NCBI RefSeq assembly: GCF_006345805.1
Contig: NC_043004.1
Location: 79,794,001 to 79,858,000 of the forward strand
Origin: Octopus sinensis
Lineage: Eukaryota
DNA length: 64,000 bases
Reading direction: 5' to 3'
Both the position numbers and the translations under genes were made by a program. A model generated the notes under the pieces. That model did not search any database. It saw only the letters and a list, made by a program, of their open reading frames with translations, and was not told where the DNA came from. Below, in pieces: positions 37,139 to 49,520 of this stretch; the stretch's first letter is position 1, and every line of letters starts with the position of its first letter.

Positions 37139-38005
37139 ATTGTCGGAAGCTTGAAGAAGACAGTAGAATTGACACAAAGCGCAGTCTCTCTTGGACACAA
37201 GACCATTATATCACATCACACTTTGAAGGCTATGCATTTGCAATCCAGGAACAGAAAATTACCAGAAAGTACCTGGTGAACAAGAGAGACAATGACGCTC
37301 TAGTGATCGCAAGGTGCAAACAAATGTGTAGGCTGTGTCATGTTTCTGTGGAAGACATTATGCATGTGATTAACAGCTGTCCTAAAATGTCGTCACGGTA
37401 CTAACTTCCTATGCGTTACGATGTTGTCACTATAACTATTTACAATGCCATCCGCAATAAAGACTGTCCTGAAATAAACTTAGAAAATCCCTCTGTTTTG
37501 GAATACATTTATAAACACCAACTCAAGGCATACCGGTGGAATATTCCCATCAAAACTTCTGTCAAATGTAAGCATAACATGCCGGATATTGTTGTTTGGG
37601 ACAGAGGGGCAAAGGTATGCACCATCATAGAGGTCGGCTGCCCTGCAGATATAAATATCTCTTTGAAAATCGAAGACAAAAGGGATATCTATGGACAACT
37701 GCTTCGAAGCCTCCAGCTTCTATATCCAGACTATGAATTCATATTCACACCAATAATAATTGGAGCACTAGGTTTTGTTAGTAAATGCTTAAAGGAGTAT
37801 CTGGAAAAACTGGGATTTTCAGAAAGAGAAATCGACCGGCTGATTCGTACATTACAAATACAATCTGTGAGCGGAACAGTAAAAATATGCAAGACTTTTC
37901 TCAAGTTCCAAATGTGGATTTGTCTGTGTTAACTACATCCGAAGATGGAGCCTTGTATCTTTGCTGGAAACCAGCTACCTCCTCTGTGGAAAATTTATAA
38001 TAATT
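37139..38005 (+). pseudogene. 5'-truncated R4/Dong-type non-LTR retrotransposon (CCHC knuckle plus restriction-like endonuclease)
   Basis: IDTKRSLSW...FEGYAFAIQEQ, CRLC...HVINSC (CCHC), RY*LPMRYD, WNIPIKT...NMPDIVVWD...IIEVGCP...KRDIY (PD-(D/E)xK-type), IIIGALG. A single in-frame stop at 37402-37404 joins the two listed ORFs. Confidence 0.88.
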
Positions 38006-38500
38006 AAAAAATAGAAGCAACATACATACAAACAAATACACACACATACAAACAAATACACACACATACACACACACATTTTTCCCCAAAATACTGATCT
38101 CCTGGCTTATGTAACTGGTTCTGCAACAGGCTGGACTAAAGTTAAACTAGTCTTGTGAGTAAATGGATATACCGTTTGTCTTTTGCTTTCTGATCTTATT
38201 CAGTCTGATTCATGCTTACACAAAAGCAGCAGAACAGAGTGGAGTGAAGACATTATTTGTGATGAGTGGTGGTGGTGAGGGGGGGGGGGAGATGAGTGAC
38301 TCAAAAGTATCTGAATGGAGGTAGCTTAAAGTCAGCCAGTTCCAAGGAGCAGAAACCAGTGTTGGAATGGAAGAAGAGGCAAGAACAAAGGACGGCCTAA
38401 CTGTTGACCAAAGGGTGGAATCTGTTTGCAACTGATTGCATGTCAGTTAACCAGGTGGTCATTTTTGGATGGGACCTGCAAAATGGATATGTAGTCTTCA

Positions 38501-38880
38501 TCATGGAGTTTTTACTTCTGGCCAAGGCTCCCATTTTTTAGTAGGCAATTTTGCTACCAGAGCACATCCTCTGCAGCCTTTTACCAAGTTTTCAATTTCC
38601 TTGTCCATTATCAGCCAATATGTATAACTGCACATTAGCTCTTTCGTCCTTGCGATCCCCAAATGTCCAATGTGAAATTCTTTCAACAATCTTTTTCGTA
38701 GTGTCACCGGTATTACTACTCTTTTGGTATACATCAGTACACCATCACATGATGAATATATTTTTGCATCTTCGTGTTGTGACTAGCTGTTGTATCTACT
38801 CTTGTAGCCATGATATTTTCTTGGTATTGTATACAATGTTTCTCTTCTATACTGGAATGGTAATACACCACTTCATCTGT
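38501..38880 (-). pseudogene. Gypsy (Ty3) LTR retrotransposon fragment, integrase H2C2 zinc-binding region
   Basis: RVVIP...RLLKEFHIGHLGIARTKELMCSYTYW...EIENLVKGCRGC is the HHCC integrase N-terminus. Confidence 0.88.
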
Positions 38881-39744
38881 CATGCTCTCGCTGATAGCTC
38901 TGCAAGACACTGACTTTGAACTGTCTACCTTGAGTGTGACTCAAATTCGACTGTAACATGTAACTGATACTTAGCTCCAACTGAGAACTCTACAACAACT
39001 GACACATGACTCTCTGTACTGACTGATGTCATCTCACTTCATAGTGGCTGGTTCATACCACTTATCCTGTGGAAGAGGTGTACCATTTCCTCTTCAATAA
39101 AAAGTAAAAAATAAGAGAGACTGAGGACAGAGGATGGGTCAGACAATTAATCACAAAACACTTCGTTAGTCACATTCATGAGGAACAGAATCCTTCTGCC
39201 CCTTTCTCTCGTTTTACGCACTTTCAATAGACACATTTCCTTTTCTTTCCCTTAATCTTCCTCTTTGACTCTTCTACATGTTTTCTCTGCCCAACTTTTT
39301 CCAAAGTCTTAATTAGCAAATCTATTCCATATCTGCTTGCAAGGAAATTGGTAATATAATTCCTGAGGAAGCAAAATTCATTACTAAAAATATTGCAGCA
39401 ATCTATCTTTTTTTATTTCTGTAAGAAACAACAAAAATTCTGCAAATATTTTTTTTTTACTTTTGACTAAGCGATCTCCAGGATAATGAAACTGGTCTTT
39501 CAACATAGATGGAATAAATTAGAAAATTCTTCTGAGTAAATATTTACTATTATGTCTAGATTCTACATATAAGAGGAATATATTAGGCCATAGATGTATA
39601 CAGACTTTCAAAAATTCAAGCCAATCTTATTCACTTCTGTATAATGGTATTCAACCCTTTTGTTACCATCATGCCAGCAAGAAAAACGGATGTCAAAGGA
39701 TGATGGTGTTGTTGCAATTAATTTTGAAAATAATACTCTACTCT

Positions 39745-40142
39745 TTTACTCTTTTACTTGTTTCAGTCATTTGACTGTGGCCATGCTGGAGCACCGCTTT
39801 TGGTCAAGCAAATCGACCCCAGAACTTATTCTTAGGAAGCCTAGTACTTATTCTATTGGTCTCTTTGGCCGAACTGCTAAGTTACAGGGATGTAAACATA
39901 CCAGCATCGGTTTTCAAGCGATGTTGGGGAAACAAATATATACACACACATACATATATATATATATATAGATATATACACAACAGGCTTCTTTCAGTTT
40001 CCGCCTACCAAATCCACTCACAAGGCTTTGGTTGGCCCGAGGCTATAGTAGAAGACACTTGCCCAAGGTGCCACGCAGTGGGAATGAACCCGGAACCATG
40101 TGGTTGGTAAACAAGCTACTTACCACACAGCCACTCCTGCAC
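39745..40142 (-). mobile_element. SINE family B, full copy
   Basis: Matches 21902-22352 in reverse. Confidence 0.85.
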
Positions 40143-41267
40143 CTATAATGAAGAAAATTAGGGAATAAATTTTGCTGTTATTAAGCTGGTATTTGGAACA
40201 TAAATTAACATGAAATCTTGATCTAAGGTTTTACATACATGTATATAAAAGCACCATCTAAATGTGGTTGATGCCAGTGCCTCCTGACTGGCTCCCATGC
40301 CAGTGGTATGCAAAAAAAGCACCTACTGTACTCTCGGAGTGGTTGGCATTAAGAAGGGCATCCAGCTGTAAAAACCTTGCTAGTCCTCAGTCAAACCGTC
40401 CAACCCATGCCAGCATGGAAAGCAGATGTTAAATGATGATGATGATGATGATGACGATGATGATGAAATTGTATATCTGTGTGTGTCCATGACTGTTACC
40501 CATTGGTCTTGACATCACATGGTAGTTGTGAACAAGCACCATTGATCTCTATCATGCAAGCAATGCTGGTAAATACTTCGTTAGTCAAAAACAGGTGAGA
40601 GTTGGTGACAGGAAGGGCATCCAGCTGTGCAAAATCTACCTCAATGAATTCCATCAGACTCTAGCAAACATGGAAAAGCAGACATTAAGATGATGATGAT
40701 GATGATGACATTTTTCTTGTGATTTTATCTCGATTCCCTCTCTAAAATGTTCATTCTATGTCAACTAAGAAGGCAGTCACTCTACAGGTGCTTCATCTGC
40801 TAGAAATAGCAGCGAAGTCATCCCCAATTCATACTCAACTATCTTTTAATAAAGGGGAAGGACACATTGTGTTTTGTAGTCTTGGATGCACAGTGCTTGA
40901 AACAAAAAAAAAATGGTCAGACTACATATTGACCATAGGTTTGGTCGATCAAGATTGATCTATAGCGAAACAACAAAAACAACAACAACAACAACAACAC
41001 TTTATGAGCAGATTTGAGAAGAGCTGCAATGTGGTCACTCAATTTGCTAGAAATAACAGTAAAATCACACTCAAATAACAACCTACCATTTTAAAATTGA
41101 AGGACACAGGCACATTGAGAAAAGTAGTCTTAGGTATATTTTATCTGAAAAGCAAAAACAAAAAAAGAAGATAGGTTGGCCACAGTTGGAGTGCCTGCCT
41201 TTGACCATGGATCTACAAGATAAACTTGTGAACTACACCAAGAACAAATTCTACTGCTGCTGCTGTG

Positions 41268-41299
<32 letters not shown>

Positions 41300-41399
41300 C
41301 TTACTACTACTACTACTACTACTACCAAAATAAGAGGGTTGTTTTACCACAAATAAAGGACAAGAAAGACTAGTCTAAACTACTGAAATCAACACAAAA

Positions 41400-41739
41400 A
41401 TTATATATATATACATACATACACACTCACACACACATATATATATGCGTGTGTGTGTGTGTGTATGTATGTATACATATATATATACACATATATATAC
41501 ATATATATATATAAATATATATACATACATACATATGCATATATATACACATATATATATATACATTATATATACACACACACACACATATATATATACA
41601 TATATATATATACATATATATACATACATATATATATACACATCTATACATACATACATATATATATACATATATATACATACATATATATATACACATA
41701 TATACATACATCATATATAATACATATATATATATATAC

Positions 41740-41783
<44 letters not shown>

Positions 41784-41799
41784 TATTATATTATATATA

Positions 41800-41831
<32 letters not shown>

Positions 41832-41880
41832 GTTTCTTATTTCTATTTTCCTAAAATATATTATATATATACATATATAT
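41400..41880. repeat. Complex (TA)n / (TACA)n microsatellite
   Basis: Direct reading. Confidence 0.95.
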
Positions 41881-42398
41881 GTGTGTGTGCATGTGTGTCG
41901 GCAATGAAACGGTAGAATTGAAGGGAATTAGTAATGTTGTCAAATGGTGAGAGCAAACATTTCACAAAGTGGTTCTAAATTGGTTTCTGATGAATCAGTG
42001 AAAAAGATCTGAAGTCTGAGGTTTGGCCTTCATTGAAGAACTAACCACCAGGCAGAAGATCTCTTTGAAAATGGTCTTCTGGTGCTCATCATTAATCAGA
42101 ATCAGATAAAACTTCACATTATATCAGGGTTTCTCAACCATTTCTGTCCCACGCACCAATACAAAAAAAAAAAACAACAAACAAAAACAAAAAAGCAAAT
42201 TGAAAAGAAATAAAAAAAAAACCATGGACAAAGCTAGCATATGTGGTATCCTCAATGTTTCTATGTCCGTCTTTCCATGCTTGCATCGGGTTCAATCTCA
42301 CTGAGTGGTACCCTGGGCAAATGTCTTCCACTATAGCCTTGGGCCGACCAAAGACTTGTGAGTGGATTTGGTGGACAGAAACTGAAAGAAGCCTCTTG

Positions 42399-42430
<32 letters not shown>

Positions 42431-42689
42431 CACATACACACACGCACATATAGCTTTTGTCACTAGCTAGTGATTGCCTCACACTGATGACAGATAACAT
42501 CCAGAAACTTAGGTCACATAAGGCTAAAGATGGGAGTGATGAACTTCCTAGCAAATGCTATTTATGGACACAGACTGTATGTCATTAGCCAGCTGGAAAA
42601 GATGTTTTCCTGGGATTCAAACAACAGTAACATCGTCCTTTACAGGACTGCCACATTATGTTGGCATAAAAACATTACTATATAATGTT

Positions 42690-43328
<639 letters not shown>

Positions 43329-43360
43329 TATATATATGTATATATGTATGTATATGTATG

Positions 43361-43393
<33 letters not shown>

Positions 43394-43489
43394 TCTCTCC
43401 CCCCTCTTCTCCCCCTCCCCCTCTTCTCCTCACTACACCACATGACTTTACACATCACATCACATATGATGTGCCATACTAATACACAC

Positions 43490-43810
43490 ACCAACTAATA
43501 CATACTAATACGTACTAATACATACTAGTACATACTAATACATACACCAACCCTATACATACACACGTCCAGACCCCGCATACGCACTTATACTCTCTCA
43601 TACACACACACACACACTTATACATACCAATACGTACTAATACATACTAATACATACTAATACATACACCAACCCCATACATACGCACGTCCAGACCAAT
43701 CCTACGCACTAATACTCTCTCATACACACACACACACACACACACCCTTATACATACTAATACATACACCAACCCTATACATACACACATCCAGACCCCT
43801 CCTACGCACT
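43490..43810. repeat. Three imperfect tandem units of about 120 bp (tacatactaa...ccaaccctatacatacacacgtccagacc...)
   Basis: ccaacc.tatacatac.cac.tccagacc recurs at about 43548, 43668 and 43769. Confidence 0.75.
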
Positions 43811-43904
43811 ATTAGCTGGTCCCTCAACCCTTTTATCAACCCTATTATCTCCCCTTATTTCGCTCTCGCGTCTCATGTTTGATCTTTGACCTCTGGCCGA
43901 AATC

Positions 43905-44120
43905 AGATCGCCATGTTGATTCGTTAGCTACTGCACGCATTTTTTTTTCTCTCCTTCTTTCTGTGTTTTTCTCTCTCTGTGTATCTTTCTGTTGAAGAGC
44001 GTAGGCTCGAAACGTTAAAGACTTGTTTTATTTATATTTCCTGAGCGCCATACTAATACAATTGTTCGTTTGTTTTCCACCTGCCTTCGTCTTTTGTTTA
44101 TTTTCATAAAGCTTCCCGTT
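43905..44120 (+). mobile_element. PLE-derived repeat carrying an HHR motif
   Basis: Reverse complement of 63225-63440. Related to the modules at 2240-2888. Confidence 0.8.
43984..44021 (+). ncRNA. Minimal hammerhead motif, variant core
   Basis: UCUUU-CUGUUGA-A-GAGC-GUAG-GCUC-GAAAC-GUU-AAAGA, with a 5-bp stem I and a 4-bp stem II. Confidence 0.6.
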
Positions 44121-44163
44121 GTATATATATGTATATATATATATGTATATATGTATGTATATG

Positions 44164-44231
<68 letters not shown>

Positions 44232-44301
44232 CATACATACATACATATATATATATATGTATATATGTATGTATATATATATACATACATACATACATAC
44301 A

Positions 44302-44351
<50 letters not shown>

Positions 44352-44906
44352 CATGTTTGTATGTACTATTCAAAAGTTGCAATGACACCACAAAAACTGT
44401 TACTCAGAATTTCACATGCCCATTCGTCAGAAAATTTTAGTTTAGTTTGGAACAAAATATATATTTTGTTCCATTCTAATCCAAAACAGTCCGACGAACG
44501 GGAATGCGCAACTCTGATTAACAGTTTTTGAGATGTCTTTGCAGCCTTTTGAATAAAGCATATTACTCTACTTCCGGTATTTGAGTACTATTGTTTCTAC
44601 TTTGTTTCACATTTATGTGCTTACTCTGGTATATATTATATATATATATATTTATATATATATATATATATAGATATTATGTATGTATGTATGTATGTAT
44701 GTATGCATGCATTTTGCATTGTTTGTATGGCATCCAGCTATAGAAACCAGGACAAATCAGACTGGAACCTGGTGCAGCTCTCCAGCTTGTCAGCTCCATC
44801 AAACCATCTGATTCATGCTAGCAAGGAGGGTGAACGTTAAATGATAATGGTAACGATGATGATGATGTATATATATGTGTGTGTATATATATATATGTGT
44901 ATATAT

Positions 44907-45019
<113 letters not shown>

Positions 45020-45020
45020 T

Positions 45021-45085
<65 letters not shown>

Positions 45086-45186
45086 GCATATATATGTATA
45101 TATGCAGATATATGTATATATGCATATATATGTATATATGCATATATATGTATATATGAATAAATATGTATAAATGCATATATATG

Positions 45187-45239
<53 letters not shown>

Positions 45240-45525
45240 GTATATATCTATACAATATGTTACATTACTCGGTAGTCAAGATAAAACTCTGAGTTTCAGA
45301 TGCCGAAGTGGAAATCCACAACACCATCTCTTCGGTTATCTGGCTATTTGAAAACGTTATGAAAAAATACCGTTAAAAATGAAGGGAAATTACTCTGTTA
45401 TAACTCTGCTTTGCCTGCGTACTTATACATCGCTCGCATTTTTCGTCATAAAAATTATATAAAAATACATAAAAATATATAAAAATATATAAAATCTTCT
45501 TGGGACATAACACAGAAAGCATGTT

Positions 45526-46887
45526 CTATCCGTTTTCTTTAGGGGACCAAAAACGTAACAGAAATTTAGTCACATGTGGGCATGATCCGAAAAGCTCTGT
45601 CCTTGTATTTAGACATTTGGTAGGGTCTAAGCTGCTTTTCCAGATAAGCCATCTCTCCATGTCACATAAACCACACCTTCCGCTTTTCTTTTGTTCCAGT
45701 GCCTAAAGCTCAAAGTGTGGTTATTGAACCTGGCCTTGAAATTACCCTCTGTCAGGCCCACGTATTTCTTCGTCGAAACGGTGTCTTTAGTGGTTATAGA
45801 GTTTACGGTAGCTTCATATATGATGGTCTTGGACATGCAAGCTCCATTTAGCGGGCACAATTCTTTATTCCTGCATGAACAGCTGTTTTCTTCTTCTTGT
45901 GTTTTTTTGTATGTTATGATTGATTATGTTTTTAAAATTGGTAGTTGAACTAAAACTAATTTTTAAATTGTGTCTATTGAAGAGTTTCCTATAAGCATGG
46001 TTAACTGGAAAATGTCTATCTATCAGTGCTAGGAAATATTTACCTATATTGAAGGCCACCTCGGGTGAGTAAGGGGGCGTAAACCAGATGACCTTCCTAT
46101 TTCTATTATTCCTTTTCCTTACTGTTGGGCTGGTGATAGGTGTATATTTTATTTTTTCGCTAAAACCACTATCTTTTAAAGCTTTATTATAAACTGGGGC
46201 AACGCTATTGAAGATGTCCTCATTAGATGAGAGGCTAGAAATCCTCTTACTAATATTTTTAACTAAATTTTTGAATACTATAGGGGATGGCATGAACCTA
46301 CATTAATGTAACTTAGTCTATCATTGGGCTTCCTATAAGGCTTATAAATATTATTATTAAGATCTAAGGAAACGTCTAAGAAATTGACAACCGTCAGGTT
46401 AGTGTCTATAGTTATACTAAGTCCGAAGTGTTTCATTAACTGGATAATATCCTTCCTAAAACGATCTTGTGCTGGTCCATTTGTATTAGCTGTTAAGGCG
46501 AGGGCATCATCTTTGTACATGGCGAAATGTACATTAGGGAATGTCTTACCGAAGGTATCTAGGAGAAAGAGTCCAATTAGATCACAGATGCCTGCCCCAT
46601 CATATGAACCCATGCTCACATCGAAAGCGCCCTCCGTGTCGGTGTTTTTTACCCACTTTGCATTCTCACTGAAAAGTAATGTCTTTCTAGCATGGAAGAT
46701 TATATCCTTATCATTGGTACTAATTTCTATGAAGTCACTAGCGAAGATTAGTGCTTTATCTAGCAGTTCTTTAGAGATAGAGGCATAAAAATCAACAATA
46801 TCGAATTGTGTAAACCTCGCTTTTTTCTTATTCTTAATAGCTTTAAACCAGTCTACGACTTCTATACTATTGGACCATTGCACTAGC
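45526..46887 (-). pseudogene. PLE polyprotein remnant: RT, linker with CxC-x5-CPLxGxC, and C-terminal GIY-YIG endonuclease
   Basis: QFDIVDFYASIS, SMGSYDGAGIC.LIGLFLL, MYKDD, VNFLDVSLDL, RKVIWFTPPYS, then CSCRNKELCPLNGAC...IIYEATV...KYVGLTEGNFKARFNNHTLSF. Two frameshifts and a deletion after HWNKRK. Confidence 0.92.
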
Positions 46888-47476
46888 ATACATAAAAATA
46901 TATAAAAATATATAAAAATATATAAAATCTTCTTGGGACATAACACAGAAAGCATGTTCTATCCGTTTTCTTTAGGGGACCAAAAACGTAACAGAAATTT
47001 AGTCACATGTGGACATGATCCGAAAAGCTCTGTCCTTGTATTTAGACATGTGGTAGGGTCTAAGCTGCTTTTCCAGATAAGCCATCTCTCCATGTCGCAT
47101 AAACCGCACAGATGTAAGCCCTACACTAACGGCAGCGGAAGGTGCGGTTTATGCGACATGGAGAGATGGCTTATCTGGAAAAGCAGCTTAGACTCTACCA
47201 CATGTCTAAATACAAGGACAGAGCTTTTCGGATCATGCCCACATGTGACTAAATTTCTGTTACGTTTTTGGTCCCCTAAAGAAAACGGATAGAACATGCT
47301 TTCTGTGTTATGTCCCAAGAAGATTTTATATATTTTTATATATTTTTATGTATTTTTATATAATTTTTATGACGAAAAATGCGAGCGATGTATAAGTACG
47401 CAGGCAAAGCAGAGTTATAACAGAGTAATTTCCCTTCATTTTTAACGGTATTTTTTCATAACGTTTTCAAATAGCC

Positions 47477-47539
47477 AGATAACCGAAGAGATGGTGTTGT
47501 GGATTTCCACTTCGGCATCTGAAACTCAGAGTTTTATCT
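47477..47539 (+). ncRNA. Hammerhead-like motif in the PLE pseudo-LTR (core CCGAAGA)
   Basis: AGAUAA-CCGAAGA-GAUG-[22 nt]-CAUC-U-GAAAC-UCAGA-GUU-UUAUCU. Has a 6-bp stem I but U4 is C, and there is a competing CCGAAG/CUUCGG pairing. Confidence 0.4.
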
Positions 47540-47639
47540 TGACTACCGAGTAATGTAACATATTGTATAGATAAATTTCCTCTATTTACATAATATTGAG
47601 GTCTCTTTCTTTCTTTTGTTATCTTACCGTTTTATCATA

Positions 47640-47677
<38 letters not shown>

Positions 47678-47724
47678 TATCCGTATGTATATGTATATAT
47701 GTACATGTATATATATATATATGC

Positions 47725-47826
47725 AAGAATTTTTTGCGTAATGAGATAAAAAAACCAAGGCTGTGTAGATATTACAACATTATCTACACACCCTTTGTTT
47801 TTTATCTCATTACGCAAAAAATTCTT
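47725..47826. mobile_element. Palindromic MITE-like element in (TA)n
   Basis: aagaattttttgcgtaatgagataaaaaa...ttttttatctcattacgcaaaaaattctt with inner tgtgtagata/tatctacaca. Half copies at 6085-6130 and 36825-36870. Confidence 0.75.
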
Positions 47827-47974
47827 ATATACACACGCTGACATATGACCAACGTTGAACCCCTTATTCGCAAAATCACCAAACCTGGAACTTAACCATG
47901 GTCTACTATAGTACTTATTCAGCATTACCTGACACCATTGGGACTCAATGACACCATTACCTCTTATATATATA

Positions 47975-48335
47975 TATTCATTATGATCATTTAAAGTCTG
48001 TTGTCCATGCTGGTATGGGTTGTAAGGTTTGACTTGGCTGGCATGCTGGAAGGCTGCACTAAACTCTGGTCTGATTTGGCATGTCCTTCCTAATGCTAAC
48101 CACTCTGAGAGTGTAATGGGTGCTTTTACATGCCACCAGCATGGGTGCCATTTGCATTACACCAGGGTGTATTTACGTGCCACTGGCATGGGTGCCAATT
48201 TGCATGACACTGGTATCTGCCATGACAGTGATTTTGCTCGGCTTGATGGGTCTTTTTCTCAAGCATGACATAATGCCAAAGGTCATTGCTTCCACGAGGT
48301 CCAACACTTGAAAGAAGCTCAGCTACCTTGCCTCT
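47975..48335 (-). mobile_element. RTE-type 3' UTR fragment
   Basis: Homologous to 14690-15060. Confidence 0.7.
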
Positions 48336-48402
48336 GTGAGGCCATATATCTACATATATACATTCATACATACATACATATATATATATATTATGTACAT
48401 AC

Positions 48403-48459
<57 letters not shown>

Positions 48460-48466
48460 TCCATAC

Positions 48467-48503
<37 letters not shown>

Positions 48504-48596
48504 GATATGCATATATACCACATATATATATAAATATATAAACGTATATCTATGTATATATGTGTATATACTCATATATATCTATCGAACATATAC

Positions 48597-48639
<43 letters not shown>

Positions 48640-48909
48640 AAACATACATATATATTTATATATATATATACACACACATACATATATATATATATACATG
48701 TGTGTGTATGTATGTGTGTATGTATAAGTTTAAAATATTCGTGTTGAATTGTCATGTGTCTCACATTGGAAGTGTCTTTGATATGGCAAAATAAATGAAT
48801 AAATTACCCTTTCAGTGACGTTTGTAATTACTGGTATCATAGCTACATACTGTTATATATGTGTTCTTTATCCTCCTGCTATTACGATATCTTTAAAATA
48901 TAACAATAA

Positions 48910-49520
48910 TAATCCTTTCTGTTATAGGCACAAGGCCTGAAATTTAGGGGAGGGTGATAGTTTATCATATCGACCCCAGTATACAACTGGTACTTAATTT
49001 AGCGACCCCAGTTTGAACTGAGAACGTAGTGGCAGACGAAATACTGCTAAGCATTTTGTCCAATGTGCTAACGATTCTGCCAGCTCACCACTTTAATAAT
49101 AATAATGATAAGAAGAAGAATAAGAATCCTTTCTTCTGGAGGCACTGGGCCTCAGATTTCGAGGTCGGGATTAAGTCGATTACATCGACCGCAATGCGTA
49201 ACTGGTACTAATTTTATCGATCCCGAAAGGATGAAAGGCAAAGTCGACCTCGGCGGAATTTGAACTCAGAACGTAAAGACAGACGAAATACCGATTTCTT
49301 TACTACCCACAAGGGGCTAAATACAGAGGGGACAAACAAGGACAGACAAACGGATTGAGTCGATTATATCGACCCCAGCGCGTAAATGGTACTTATTTAA
49401 TCGACTCCGAAAGGATGAAAGGCAAAGTCGACCTCGGCGGAATTTAAATTCAGAACGTAGCGGCAGACGAAATACGGCTACGCATTTCGCCCGGCGTGCT
49501 AACGTGTCAGCCAGCTCGCT
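48910..49520 (-). mobile_element. Cluster of three tandem or nested SINE family A copies
   Basis: Repeated gaactcagaacgta...gacgaaatac blocks at about 49015, 49260 and 49450. Confidence 0.85.

Larger units (their letters stand above)
45246..47636 (-). mobile_element. Penelope-like element, 5'-truncated, with tandem and inverted pseudo-LTRs, inserted in (TA)n
   Basis: 439-bp inverted repeats at 45246-45684 and 47134-47572, an internal pseudo-LTR copy at 46888-47109, and PLE coding remnants between them. Confidence 0.92.

Noticed and set aside
37940-37980. ccgaaga...gaaac in the R4-type 3' UTR
   Set aside because: No stem I or stem II pairing, so not a hammerhead.
39215-39420. 61-codon minus-strand open frame (...NYITNFLASRYGIDLLIKTLEKVGQRKHVEESKRKIKGKKRKCVY)
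   Set aside because: No start codon, the best acceptor is out of frame, part of the frame derives from a purine-rich low-complexity tract, and I recognise no homologue. Worth a BLAST but not supportable.
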